Notes under the pieces: model-generated
Database searches by the model: none
Told to the model about the DNA's origin: nothing
Seen by the model: the letters and a program-made list of their open reading frames with translations, nothing else
Program-made: the position numbers and the translations under genes
Shown here: one piece after another, positions 50,523-59,625 of the stretch
How the letters are laid out: each line of letters opens with the position of its first letter
Numbering within the stretch: position 1 is the first letter of the stretch
Source of the DNA: an uncultured Actinomycetes bacterium
GTDB lineage: Bacteria; Actinomycetota; Acidimicrobiia; IMCC26256; PALSA-610
DNA: 64,000 nt
Reading direction: 5' to 3'
Assembly (NCBI GenBank): GCA_963841215.1
Contig: CAWJBW010000004.1
Span: 193,870-257,869 of the forward strand

Positions 50523-50552
50523 CGTGACACGCGCAGGACACGCGGGACACAC
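50523..50552 (+). repeat. GTGACACGCG / GGACACGCG / GGACACAC direct-repeat cluster just inside right island end (arm-site-like)
   Basis: CGTGACACGCGCAGGACACGCGGGACACAC, about 120 nt from the right direct repeat. Same strand and same core as 38362-38378. Confidence 0.4.
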
Positions 50553-50670
50553 AAGTGCCACAGAATCCCGGGATCCGTCGGTACATGGAGGACAAGAGCG
50601 GCACACCGAAAACTGTGTCTGACCTGGGCTGACGCGCCTGAGCAGGAAGAACGCGAATCGCGGGACGCCT

Positions 50671-50693
50671 GTTCGACTCCCGCCACCTCCACT
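50671..50693 (+). repeat. Direct repeat copy 2 (displaced tmRNA 3' end; candidate attR core)
   Basis: GTTCGACTCCCGCCACCTCCACT. The upstream flank GCCTG cannot pair with CCCGC, so there is no T-stem and no gene. Confidence 0.8.
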
Positions 50694-50704
50694 GTGAATG
50701 CCCT

Positions 50705-50734
50705 GGTCACGGCGCTACGTGTGGCGCCGTGGCC
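50705..50734 (+). terminator. GC-rich hairpin immediately after the right direct repeat (possible original ssrA terminator)
   Basis: GGTCACGGCGC-tacgtgtg-GCGCCGTGGCC. Only a weak TTT follows, 4 nt later. Confidence 0.35.
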
Positions 50735-50800
50735 ACAGTTTGGTCACAGAGGCCGAGCCGGCGGCGGCAAGAGACCGACCAGATGACTGACGCCGCGCGG

Positions 50801-51343
50801 TCAATGCCCAGAGAGAAGGTGCTTCACCGTCGCAAGGGCCAGGGCGATCGCGAGCGCGACGAGTCCGAAGAGAACTGACGCGGCGCGTGTGCGTCCGCTG
50901 GCCCGTTCGACGACATACGCGACAGCTCCGATCATGAGGGCCAGGACAAGGCGCACTACCTCCTGTTCGGTGTCTTCCCGCAACAGCAAGACCGGCACAC
51001 TTGCAACGGCGGCCACGACGGCAACGCCGGCGAGCTCCGACAACGCCTCGACACGATCCCAACCACGGAGTGGCCCGCGGCTGAGACCTTGCGTCGCGAG
51101 CACGAACGCGAACCAGTGCGCGACGGCCAAACCGATGGATGTCCCCCACAAGATCGCGACCAATTCCCAGCCGACGGGTCCGTGAACAGTCCCACCGTCG
51201 TCGTCGCCCGCAGGGAGCGCGGCGAGCTCGGCGAGGAGAACGATCGAGACATACAACATCATCGCCGTCGCGTCTCGCCAGACCCTCCGGCGCTCTGCCG
51301 CGTCGGTATCCGGCCTCACTTCCCCTACGTGCGAGTACCTCAC
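50801..51343 (-). CDS. Hypothetical integral membrane protein
   Basis: 180 aa with about 5 hydrophobic segments (..MMLYVSIVLLAELAAL.., ..WELVAILWGTSIGLAVAHWFAFVLA.., ..VLFGLVALAIALALA..). Confidence 0.5.
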   Translation of the reverse strand: MRYSHVGEVRPDTDAAERRRVWRDATAMMLYVSIVLLAELAALPAGDDDGGTVHGPVGWELVAILWGTSIGLAVAHWFAFVLATQGLSRGPLRGWDRVEALSELAGVAVVAAVASVPVLLLREDTEQEVVRLVLALMIGAVAYVVERASGRTRAASVLFGLVALAIALALATVKHLLSGH

Positions 51344-51535
51344 TGATGCAGAATCCCCTCACTTACGCGGCTATGCACGCGGTGCGACGCGTGCACCTTG
51401 GATGCCGAGTGCCGAGCCGGCGCCGCGCGACGACGAGCCGCTCGCGGGAGATGCGCAATCGCGATGAGCTGGACCCCGTTGACACGCACACCGAGCGAAC
51501 GTCGTGCAGTCGGGTGAGCACAATCATTGTCGAGG

Positions 51536-53212
51536 TCACTCGGTGGAGTCATCGTTCTGGTCTTGTGTCGCGATCCATGCCCGCGCATCGCGATGCGCCT
51601 GTTCGAGTGCGGCGCCGACTTGTTCGGTTGCGCGGTAGAGGTTCTCCGGGCCGATGAATTCGGTGACGCCGGTGACGCGGAACTGCTCGGCAAGCGGCTC
51701 GTTGAGCGAGACGATGACGAGCTTCGATCCGACGGTCGCCAGACTGGCCGCGTACCGCCGGAGGACGTCGATGAACGTCGAGCCGACGTCGCTGCGTTCG
51801 CGGAGTCGCAGGATCACGACCGTGTTTCGCGACGACCGTGTCACCTCGGGGAGCGCGGCTTCGAAGATCGGGGCAGCGGCGAAGAACAGGCTGCCGTAGG
51901 GCTGGAGGACGACGACGTCGTTGGCGGGGAGGCTTGCGGGCGGATCGATCTCGACGACGTGTCCGTCCTCGGTGAAGATCCGTCGTTTGACGCTGACGTG
52001 GTTCGACTGGCCGATGACATACAGCGCCACCGAGAGCGCAACACCTGCGACGACCGCGTACTGCAACGGGATGGCCATCGTGAGGACGAACGTCGTCACC
52101 AACACGATCCGCTGGCCGGTGCCGGTTCTCCAGACCGAGCCGAGATCGCTCGGCTTGATCGTCCGGTAACCGACGAGGATCAACAGGGCCGCCAATGCAG
52201 GCATCGCGATGTTCCCGATCGCATCGCCGAAGGCGACCAGAAGGACGGCCATCACGACACCCGCGACGACGAGTGAGGTGCGCGTCCGGGCGCCGGCAGC
52301 CTTGTTCAACGACGAGGCCGAGACGGACCCGCCGACCGGCATCCCTTCGAGCACACCCGACGCGATGTTGGCGATGCCTTGGCCGGTGAAGTCACGCGAG
52401 GCGTCGGGATAACTGCCGTCTTCGTTGGGGAAGTTGGCGGAGATGCCCGCACCTTGGACGAGCCCGACCAGCGCGAGCGAAACCGCGGGCACGATGAGAG
52501 ACGGAACGAGGCTGAGCTCCGGAAGTAGAGCGTCCGGCAGCGTGCCCAAGGTCGCGCCCAGGTCATCGACCGTCGCGACGTCCCAGCCGAGCGCGTTCGC
52601 GGTTGCCGAGGTGATGACGACGCCGACGACGAGACCGAGGGCTCCGAGGCGCGTTCGTTCCAATGCGACGATCAGCACCATCGTGCCGAGACCGATCGCG
52701 ACCGACTGTCCGTCGAGCCGGCCCGGGTGTAGGAGCGTGTCGAGGGCGCGGGTGAGACGCGAATCTTGAGGAGAGTTGTAACCGGTGAAGCTCCCCAGTT
52801 GCCCGAGGATGATGTTCACGCCGACCGCGTTGATGAACCCGACCATCACTGCGTTCGACACGAATCGCAGCACGGAGCCGAGCTTGAGCAACCCCGCCGC
52901 CACCATGACGACGCCTGTCAGCAACGAGAGCGTGGCCAGCGCGCGGGCCGGGTCGGTCGCGTCGTGCACCGTGTCCACGTCCGCGACGAGGATCGCCATC
53001 GCGCCGGTTCCTTGCACGGCCATGAACGCAGACGAGGTTGCGAAGGCGCCGGCGACCGTGCCGACCATGTAGGCGTTGAGCCCAGCGAGCGGGTTGACCC
53101 CGGCGAGGAGCCCGGTTGCGAGACCGTCGGGCACGCTCTCGACGCCGAGCACCGCGCCGGCTGGGATGTCCTGTCCGAGGTGCGCCAAGACGGCCGGCCT
53201 CTTGCGACCCAT
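51536..53212 (-). CDS. SulP family inorganic anion transporter with C-terminal STAS domain
   Basis: Intact 558 aa. Many TM segments, ..VPDGLATGLLAGVNPLAGLNAY.., and a STAS-like tail ..VVVLQPYGSLFFAAA...VVILRLRERSDVGSTFIDVL.. Confidence 0.85.
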   Translation of the reverse strand: MGRKRPAVLAHLGQDIPAGAVLGVESVPDGLATGLLAGVNPLAGLNAYMVGTVAGAFATSSAFMAVQGTGAMAILVADVDTVHDATDPARALATLSLLTGVVMVAAGLLKLGSVLRFVSNAVMVGFINAVGVNIILGQLGSFTGYNSPQDSRLTRALDTLLHPGRLDGQSVAIGLGTMVLIVALERTRLGALGLVVGVVITSATANALGWDVATVDDLGATLGTLPDALLPELSLVPSLIVPAVSLALVGLVQGAGISANFPNEDGSYPDASRDFTGQGIANIASGVLEGMPVGGSVSASSLNKAAGARTRTSLVVAGVVMAVLLVAFGDAIGNIAMPALAALLILVGYRTIKPSDLGSVWRTGTGQRIVLVTTFVLTMAIPLQYAVVAGVALSVALYVIGQSNHVSVKRRIFTEDGHVVEIDPPASLPANDVVVLQPYGSLFFAAAPIFEAALPEVTRSSRNTVVILRLRERSDVGSTFIDVLRRYAASLATVGSKLVIVSLNEPLAEQFRVTGVTEFIGPENLYRATEQVGAALEQAHRDARAWIATQDQNDDSTE

Positions 53213-53293
53213 CGCAGCGCTCCCGTGTTATGTAGGACTCGTTACGAGCGCGCCATCGCCACGCGCAGCCTCAGCCTTTCGCACCCGCGCATG

Positions 53294-53738
53294 TCACGTA
53301 GACGTTGCATCACTGGTCGCCCGCACGCCCGAAGGAGCAGTCGGCGCGACGACGTTCGCCTTGAGGCGCTGGAACTCGGCGTCGTCGATGACACCGCGCG
53401 CCTTGAGGTCAGCGAGACGGCTGAGCTCGTCGGCCGTACTCACCGATGTACTGGCCGCATCGCGAATGTACGCGCGCGCAGCCGCGTCCTGTGCTTGCGC
53501 GGCTTCGGTCTGCGTGTTCACTCATCTTGTGACCCCGCGCGATGAGATACACGAAGACACCCAGGTAGGGAGCCACGATGACGAACACGACCCATAGCGC
53601 CTTCGCGAGGCCGCCAAGGTCGCGGCTGCGGAAGATGTCGGCGAAGACGGCGATCAGCAGCCAGATCCAAACGAAGAACAGCGTGAACCACAGCATCGCC
53701 ATGAACACTTGCCCCACTTGCCATTCGGCCAGCATCAT
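53294..53738 (-). CDS. PLDc_N (PLD-nuclease N-terminal) membrane domain followed by SHOCT domain; either one frameshifted gene or two overlapping genes
   Basis: ORF 53409..53738 reads ..WFTLFFVWIWLLIAVFADIFRSRDL..WVVFVIVAPYLGVFVYLIARG.. ORF 53294..53521 reads ..ELSRLADLKARGVIDDAEFQRLKANV.., which is SHOCT-like. Confidence 0.55.
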
Positions 53739-53750
53739 CTGCGCTCCCAG

Positions 53751-54224
53751 TCACTCGTAGTCTTCGACGACGTCGCGTCCGTGCGCGGTCAGCGCCCAGA
53801 TCACACTGATCGCGATCGCGATGAGCGTCACACCCCACACGGGCGCGTACGGCAACCACGCGAACCCGATGATCGCGCTGACCAGCGCCATCACGACCCC
53901 AACCGTCCGGGCGATCACCGACCCGGTCAACACGAATCCGCCGGCAACCGCCACCACGACGCCCCAGACGAGGTGGATCCAGCCCCACTGCGTCGTATCG
54001 AACTGCAACACGTACTCACGGGTCGAGACGTAGAACTCGTCATCGACGATCGCGATCAAACCCGCGATCGCATGAAACGTCCCGATGAGCATCATCATCA
54101 TCGCCGCGAAGAAGATCCAGCCGATCGCCCAACCGCTCGTCGTCTTCGCCGGCGCACCCGTTTGGACGCTCCCCGACCGCGGAACCCCAATATCAGCCAT
54201 CATCGAACTCCTTCGATCTCCCAT
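53751..54224 (-). CDS. Small integral membrane protein (DUF7144-like, tentative)
   Basis: ..GWAIGWIFFAAMMMMLIGTFHAIAGLIAIVDDEFYV...WGWIHLVWGVVVAVAGGFVLTG.. Confidence 0.5.
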   Translation of the reverse strand: MGDRRSSMMADIGVPRSGSVQTGAPAKTTSGWAIGWIFFAAMMMMLIGTFHAIAGLIAIVDDEFYVSTREYVLQFDTTQWGWIHLVWGVVVAVAGGFVLTGSVIARTVGVVMALVSAIIGFAWLPYAPVWGVTLIAIAISVIWALTAHGRDVVEDYE

Positions 54225-54288
54225 GTGGCGCGCACGGTGTCGAGAACGACCACCGCACTATCGAGTGTCGAGCACGTCCCCTGCCGCA

Positions 54289-54308
54289 GCTATCCCGATT
54301 CGGCAGGG
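54289..54308 (-). promoter_or_regulatory. 19-nt box, copy 1 (faces the 54224 membrane-protein operon)
   Basis: Minus strand reads CCCTGCCGAATCGGGATAGC, 64 nt upstream of the start at 54224. Confidence 0.45.
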
Positions 54309-54507
54309 ATCAGAACCCGTGCCGGTGAGCCCCGCGCGCAATCGAGCGGACGATGCTCGAACGCACGGATGATTTCGTGTACTTCCAGCGCCAAAGCGCG
54401 TCGACGACGATCTGCACTCCGAGGAGCGTCCGCGCCACCGTCGAAGGCCAGCGGCTCGAGGCGCGCGGTGCGGTGGGTCGGACGTGCGGCTTGCATTCGT
54501 GCTCCGA

Positions 54508-55939
54508 TTAGACGTTCTCCAGCGCGGCGAGACGGCCCGACCGGATCGCCTCGGCGAACGCCTGATAGTCGCGCTCGTTCTGGTCGGCGTAGCGTTCGGA
54601 GAAGTCGGCGATCGATTGATCGAACCGATCCTTCTTGCCCATGTACGCGGCCAGCGCGACCGGATCGCCGGAACGGGCGTGCGCGCGCGCCAGGGTTTCG
54701 CCACAGACTCGCGCGTAGAACGTGAGCGCCTCCGGAACCATCGTCTCGACAAGTGCCGAACCCTTCATGTCACGCAGCTGGCGCCAGTAGAGGTAGCGAT
54801 CGGTCTCGGCGCGCTTGGTCCAGCCCAGGAAGATGTCGCTTGCCGCCTGCATCAGTCGTTGGCCCTGGACCACGCGTTCGCCGGGATGGCGGTAGCGGCT
54901 CTTCGGCAAATGGTCTTCGAGCACCGACGCGGTCGCCTCCTTGACCTGCAAGAACAACGGGTCGTCTTGATCTCGACCCTGCAGCAGCACGATGAATGCG
55001 CGCAGCCCGACGCTGCCGACGCCCACGACCTTGTGGGCCATGTCGACGACTTCGAACTTTTCCAGGAGGTGGCGGCGATCGTCCGGCAACGTCTTGCGGT
55101 AGGCGCGGAACTGCTCGTGGATCACGTGTTCCAACTCGTCGACCGAGAGCCCGATGCGTCGGTGCCAGGTCTCGGAGCGGGATCACTATCGGTGGCTGGC
55201 TGACGATCCGGTACCGGCCATCGACATGCTCGGCCAGCTTCGACAGTGCCTGCAGGCTGTCGCGAGTGTGCGCCTTCCGGGCCTGTTTCTCGGCGGTCTT
55301 CGCCGCGGTCTTGCCGACCTTCTTGCTGCCCGCTCGATCCATGGCGCCCGTCGCCTGCTTGATCGCGCTCATGAGCTCTTGTTCCGACAAGCGCGCGTAC
55401 CAGACGTCCAGGGTGCGCATCTCGGCGAACTCGGCCATCTGCACTCGATACGCCGAGACAGACTCGAGCGCCGCCGCGCGCGTATCGGATCGGTTGAAAC
55501 CGTTGTTCCGTGCCGCGACCGCAAAGCTCGCCGCCATGCGCTTCACGTCGTACTCGAATGGCCCCGGAAGCGTCTCGTCGAAGTCGTTCAGTCCGAACAG
55601 CAGCGTTCGTTCGGGCGACGCGAACACACCGAAGTTCGAGAGGTGCGCGTCGCCGCACAATTGGACGTTCAATCCTGCTGTCGGCGTGTCCTTGAGATCC
55701 GTCGCCATGATCTTCGCGGCGCCCCGATAGAACGTGAACGGCGAGACCAACATGCGCCCATGACGGACGGGTACGAGGTCGGGCTCCCGTGTGGCGTCTT
55801 GTTCCTCGAGCAGTGCGACGGGATCGGGACGATCGGGAGACGGCGACCATCCCGCGTGTACCGCCGGAGCGACCTTCTCACGCGCAGCCTTCCCTCGCGC
55901 GCTCCGTTCGTCAACGCTCGGGTGCACGATTGCGGTCAT
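54508..55939 (-). CDS. DUF2252 domain-containing protein
   Basis: ..VPVRHGRMLVSPFTFYRGAA...QLCGDAHLSNFG...FGLNDFDET.. with the C-terminal half in ORF 54508..55134. One frame switch near 55150. Confidence 0.7.
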
Positions 55940-55974
55940 GAGACTCGAGTGTCGCTACCAGATCGCTCGTATCG

Positions 55975-56442
55975 CTATCCGGATTCGGCACCCGGCCGGG
56001 GCTTCACGTTGGCAGGTGCGACCGGTGCATGCGTCGCTGCGACAGCCCCGAGAGGTCCGAGCAGGTCGAGGGCATGCTCCGACGTGGTCGCGAAATCGAC
56101 GTGCTCGCCATCGTCATCGATGAGGCGCGCAATCAGCGGATCCGCGCCGAGTCGCCGCAACTTCTTGTGGTCGGATGCCGTGGGCGAGAGGGTCATGGCA
56201 TCGCGAACAGGGATGAGCGATTCCGCCCACGCCGCAGGACTGCCGCGAAACGCAAACACGTCGTGCACCCACACGCCGTGCCCGCGTGTCCACCGCGACT
56301 TACCTTGCCGCCGGCGTCGTGCCTTCACGTTCCCGGGGCGATGCCGGATTGCCCGATTGCGAAACACGAGGACCGTGATCCCGGCCGCGCACAACCAGAG
56401 CGGAACACCCAGAATTGCAAGGATCGCCCAGATCACCGTCAC
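55975..56442 (-). CDS. Membrane-anchored hypothetical protein (DUF2550-like, tentative)
   Basis: GTG start with GAGGGAG upstream. One N-terminal TM segment, then ..RWTRGHGVWVHDVFAFRGSPAAW... Confidence 0.45.
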   Translation of the reverse strand: MTVIWAILAILGVPLWLCAAGITVLVFRNRAIRHRPGNVKARRRRQGKSRWTRGHGVWVHDVFAFRGSPAAWAESLIPVRDAMTLSPTASDHKKLRRLGADPLIARLIDDDGEHVDFATTSEHALDLLGPLGAVAATHAPVAPANVKPRPGAESG

Positions 56443-56494
56443 TCCCTCGCGCTCGCATCAACTCCCGCAACCGAAGCACCGACGCGCTGCCTGC

Positions 56495-56514
56495 GATATC
56501 CCGAATCGGCAGGG
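56495..56514 (-). promoter_or_regulatory. 19-nt box, copy 2 (faces the 56442 operon)
   Basis: Minus strand reads CCCTGCCGATTCGGGATATC, 52 nt upstream of the GTG at 56442. Back-to-back with copy 3, 12 nt apart. Confidence 0.45.
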
Positions 56515-56526
56515 GGTCCAATCGCA

Positions 56527-56545
56527 CCTGCCGAATGCGGATAGC
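56527..56545 (+). promoter_or_regulatory. 19-nt box, copy 3 (faces the DUF1269-like/SulP operon)
   Basis: CCTGCCGAATGCGGATAGC, 60 nt upstream of the ATG at 56606. Confidence 0.45.
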
Positions 56546-56605
56546 ACGCGACATCCCGCGGGGATGACGATCGGGATCCTTCGACGGAACAGGGAGCTGA
56601 AGCGG

Positions 56606-57136
56606 ATGAAAGACGACACCCCGATCACCCTGGCTGTCGCCACCTACGGCAATCGCGCCGGGGCGGTGGGCGACTTCGACCGAGTCATGGACGCGAAGAA
56701 GAGCGGCGCGTTCGACCACATCGCGGTTGCCGTGATCACCAAGGACGTCGACGGCAAGGTCGAGGTCGAGCGCCACGACAGCACTGCGAAGCATCTCGCT
56801 TGGGGCGGTGCGCTCATCGGCGGTGCGCTGTTCGTGATCGCGCCACCCCTCGCGCCCACCGCGCTCGGTCTCGGTGGTGGCGCCGGCGCAGCGGGTCTTG
56901 CGGGTGCCGGTGGCATCGCGGGTCACTTCTGGCACAACATCCCAAAAGAGACCACCCGCGAGATGACGGACACCCTGGAGGCGGGCGACAGCGGTCTCGT
57001 CATCGTCGCGGTCAACCCGAAGGGCACCGACATCACGCCCATGCTTGCCGGCGCGCAGAAGGTGGTCGTCGACTCGACGACGAAGGGCGACCTCGAAGGC
57101 GCCTACGAGGACGCCATCAAGAAGGCCGGCGCCTGA
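56606..57136 (+). CDS. DUF1269-like membrane protein with Gly-zipper segment
   Basis: ..ITLAVATYGNRAGAVGDFDRV...AWGGALIGGALFVIAPPLAPTALGLGGGAGAAGLAGAGGIAGHFW.. Internal ATG of ORF 55154..57136. Confidence 0.5.
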   Translation: MKDDTPITLAVATYGNRAGAVGDFDRVMDAKKSGAFDHIAVAVITKDVDGKVEVERHDSTAKHLAWGGALIGGALFVIAPPLAPTALGLGGGAGAAGLAGAGGIAGHFWHNIPKETTREMTDTLEAGDSGLVIVAVNPKGTDITPMLAGAQKVVVDSTTKGDLEGAYEDAIKKAGA

Positions 57137-57145
57137 CCCGACTTC

Positions 57146-58900
57146 GTGGCTTTCCACGCTCCGGCGACACACGCGGGCTGGCTCGCGCGCGTGTTTCCTA
57201 TCCTTCAGTGGCTGCCGCGCTATGAGCGGTCATGGCTCTCCCGTGACGCGATCGCAAGCGTCTCGGTCTGGGCGCTCCTCGTTCCGCAATCCCTGGCGTA
57301 CTCGTCGATCGCCGGCGTACCGGTCCAGTACGGGCTCTACACCGCATTCGCAGCGCTCTTGGGTTACGCGCTGTTCGGAACGTCGAAGCAGATGGCCCAG
57401 GGACCGAGCGCGGCAGTGGCGGCGGTGGTGGGGGCCATCATCTCGCCCCTTGTCGGTGCCGCGGCATTGGGAACCGACGACGCCGCGAAGTTCGCGGCTG
57501 CGCTGGCGCTCGCAACCGGCATCGTGTACCTGGCGCTCGGCGCCGCCCGCATGGGCTGGGTCTCGAACTTCCTGTCCAAGGCGGTCATGGGCGGGTTCGT
57601 CCTCGGCTTCTCGATCGGCATCATCATCGAGCAGTCCTACAAGCTGCTCGGCGTGCCGAAAGTGGACGGAAGCTACATGGAGCAGTTGTGGGGCACGATC
57701 AAGAACCTCCCCGACACGAGCCTGACAACCCTCGCGCTCGGGACCGCGTGTCTCGCGACGTTGTTGTTGATGCGGTATCGGTTCCCCAGACTTCCGCGCG
57801 CACTCATCGTTGTCGTTCTCTCGATCCTTGCCGTGAAGTTGTTCGACCTCACGGCTCACGGTCTCGCGGTCACAGGCCCGGTGCCCGACGGACTGTTCTC
57901 GGTTGGACTGCCCGACGTCGGATGGGAGTACGCCGATTCGCTCCTGCTCGGTGCCTTGGCGGTGATCTTCGTCGGCTATTCGGAGTCACTTGCCTCGGCA
58001 CGCGCGATGGCAACGAAGCACGACTACGCAATCGATCCGAACCAGGAACTGATCGCGCAAGGTGCGGCATGCGCGGCCGCAGGTGTGGTCGGCGGATACG
58101 CGACCGACGGCAGCCTGTCGAAGACCTCGGTTGCCGACGCGGCCGGACAGCGGACGCAGATGGCGTCGATCCTCAACGCCGCGCTCGTGCTGCTGACGAT
58201 GTTGTTCTTCGCCTCGTTGTTCGAGGATCTCCCGGCCGCCGCGCTCGGCGCGATCGTCATCGACGCAATGATCGGTCTGATCAGCTTCGGTGACATGCGG
58301 CGCTATTGGCGCGTGAGCCGCGCCGACTTCGTCTTCTTCGGGAGCGCAATGGCCGGAATCCTCTTCGTCGACATCATCCACGGCATCATCATCGGCGTCG
58401 TGCTATCACTCCTCATGCTGATCGCACGGGCTTCGAAGCCCCCGATTCGCCGCCTGGCGCGCAACCCCGACGGCTCGTACGTCGACATCGGTCTGCACGA
58501 TCGCCACGGCGTCGACTCCAAAGTCCTCACACTCCGGCTCGATGGACCCCTCTTCTTCGCCGACGCACAGCGGTTCAAGGAGTCGGTCTACGACATGATC
58601 AACAGGGCATCCGAGCCCCTCGAAGCGATCGCCCTCGATGCCGACTCCATCTCGCTGACTGACACGGACGGCGCCGATGCCTTGATCGACCTCGCCACGG
58701 CGCTCCACGACCAGCGAAGCCTCAGGCTCGCTGTCGCGCGTGTGCAACCGCCGGTATGGCAGCTGTGGGAGCGGGCCGGGATCGCAACCGTCGGTGTTCG
58801 ACGGACGGAACTTCGACACTGTTCACGCGGCGGTCGACGCCTTGATGACTCCGCATCCGAGCAATCAGATGCGATGCGTGACGCGGAGAAGGCAACGTGA
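57146..58900 (+). CDS. SulP family inorganic anion transporter with C-terminal STAS domain
   Basis: Intact 584 aa: ..LPRYERSWLSRDAIASVSVWALLVPQSLAYSSIAGVPVQYGLYTA.. and a STAS tail ..LTLRLDGPLFFADAQRF.. Confidence 0.85.
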   Translation: MAFHAPATHAGWLARVFPILQWLPRYERSWLSRDAIASVSVWALLVPQSLAYSSIAGVPVQYGLYTAFAALLGYALFGTSKQMAQGPSAAVAAVVGAIISPLVGAAALGTDDAAKFAAALALATGIVYLALGAARMGWVSNFLSKAVMGGFVLGFSIGIIIEQSYKLLGVPKVDGSYMEQLWGTIKNLPDTSLTTLALGTACLATLLLMRYRFPRLPRALIVVVLSILAVKLFDLTAHGLAVTGPVPDGLFSVGLPDVGWEYADSLLLGALAVIFVGYSESLASARAMATKHDYAIDPNQELIAQGAACAAAGVVGGYATDGSLSKTSVADAAGQRTQMASILNAALVLLTMLFFASLFEDLPAAALGAIVIDAMIGLISFGDMRRYWRVSRADFVFFGSAMAGILFVDIIHGIIIGVVLSLLMLIARASKPPIRRLARNPDGSYVDIGLHDRHGVDSKVLTLRLDGPLFFADAQRFKESVYDMINRASEPLEAIALDADSISLTDTDGADALIDLATALHDQRSLRLAVARVQPPVWQLWERAGIATVGVRRTELRHCSRGGRRLDDSASEQSDAMRDAEKAT

Positions 58901-58903
58901 GAA

Positions 58904-58921
58904 GCGCCGAATGCGGATAGC
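58904..58921 (+). promoter_or_regulatory. 19-nt box, copy 4 (faces the K+ channel gene)
   Basis: GCGCCGAATGCGGATAGC starts 4 nt after the SulP stop and ends 32 nt before the GTG at 58954. Confidence 0.45.
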
Positions 58922-58953
58922 ACTCGCCACGTAGGGGCGCTCAGGATCAGCTC

Positions 58954-59625
58954 GTGCGCGGTTCCGGCCTTCGTCAGCGCGCCGAGTACCGCTTCGGTCT
59001 CGTCCTTCTGTTGCTTCTCGCCACATTCACGTTCATGGCCGCCGGCCTGACCGGCGCGTGGACTGGTGTTGTGACGGTGCTGTTGCAAGGCGCGACCCTC
59101 ATCGCCGCGCTTTCAGCCGCACAAGTCGCTCGTAGCCTTGTTCGCCTCGCCGCGCTCGTAACGGTCGGCGCACTCATCGTTGCAACAGCGACTGCCCCGA
59201 CAAGCGGGACGGAGCCCAGCGGCTTCGTGGCACTCCTCAATGCGCTTCTGGTCGGGCTAGCGCCGATCGCGATCGCGTGGTCGATCGTGCGTCGACGCCA
59301 CATCGACGTCCATACCGTGCTCGGAGCGCTGTGCATCTACGTGCTCCTCGGAATGTTCTGGGCGTTCGCCTTCGCGGCAATCGGCGCGTTCGGCTCGGAC
59401 ACCTTCTTCGCGCAGGAAGCGAATCCGACGAGCGCCTCCTACCTCTACTTCGCGTACGTCACCCTGACGACGGTCGGCTACGGCGATCTCACCGCGAGCG
59501 GAAACCTCGGCCGCGCACTCGCCGTCCTCGACGCGCTCCTCGGCCAGATCTATCTCGTGACCGTTGTCGCGTTGCTCGTGTCTCAGCTCGGCCGAACCCG
59601 GCTCACCGACAACACGGACGGCTGA
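58954..59625 (+). CDS. Potassium channel family protein (two-TM pore domain)
   Basis: Selectivity filter ..YFAYVTLTTVGYGDL.. plus upstream TM segments. Intact 223 aa. Confidence 0.75.
   Translation: MRGSGLRQRAEYRFGLVLLLLLATFTFMAAGLTGAWTGVVTVLLQGATLIAALSAAQVARSLVRLAALVTVGALIVATATAPTSGTEPSGFVALLNALLVGLAPIAIAWSIVRRRHIDVHTVLGALCIYVLLGMFWAFAFAAIGAFGSDTFFAQEANPTSASYLYFAYVTLTTVGYGDLTASGNLGRALAVLDALLGQIYLVTVVALLVSQLGRTRLTDNTDG

Larger units (their letters stand above)
38318..50693. mobile_element. Candidate integrase-less genomic island inserted at the 3' end of ssrA
   Basis: Bounded by the 23-bp direct repeat. The second copy has a broken T-stem, so it is not a gene. GACAC-type repeat clusters lie just inside both ends. 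Gene fragments sit at the right end. A hairpin follows the right repeat. I could not recognise any integrase or excisionase. Confidence 0.45.

Noticed and set aside
50610-50693. Second tmRNA or a tRNA gene at the right repeat
   Set aside because: Only the last 23 nt match ssrA. The would-be T-stem 5' strand (GCCTG) does not pair with CCCGC, and no D-arm or anticodon arm can be drawn upstream.
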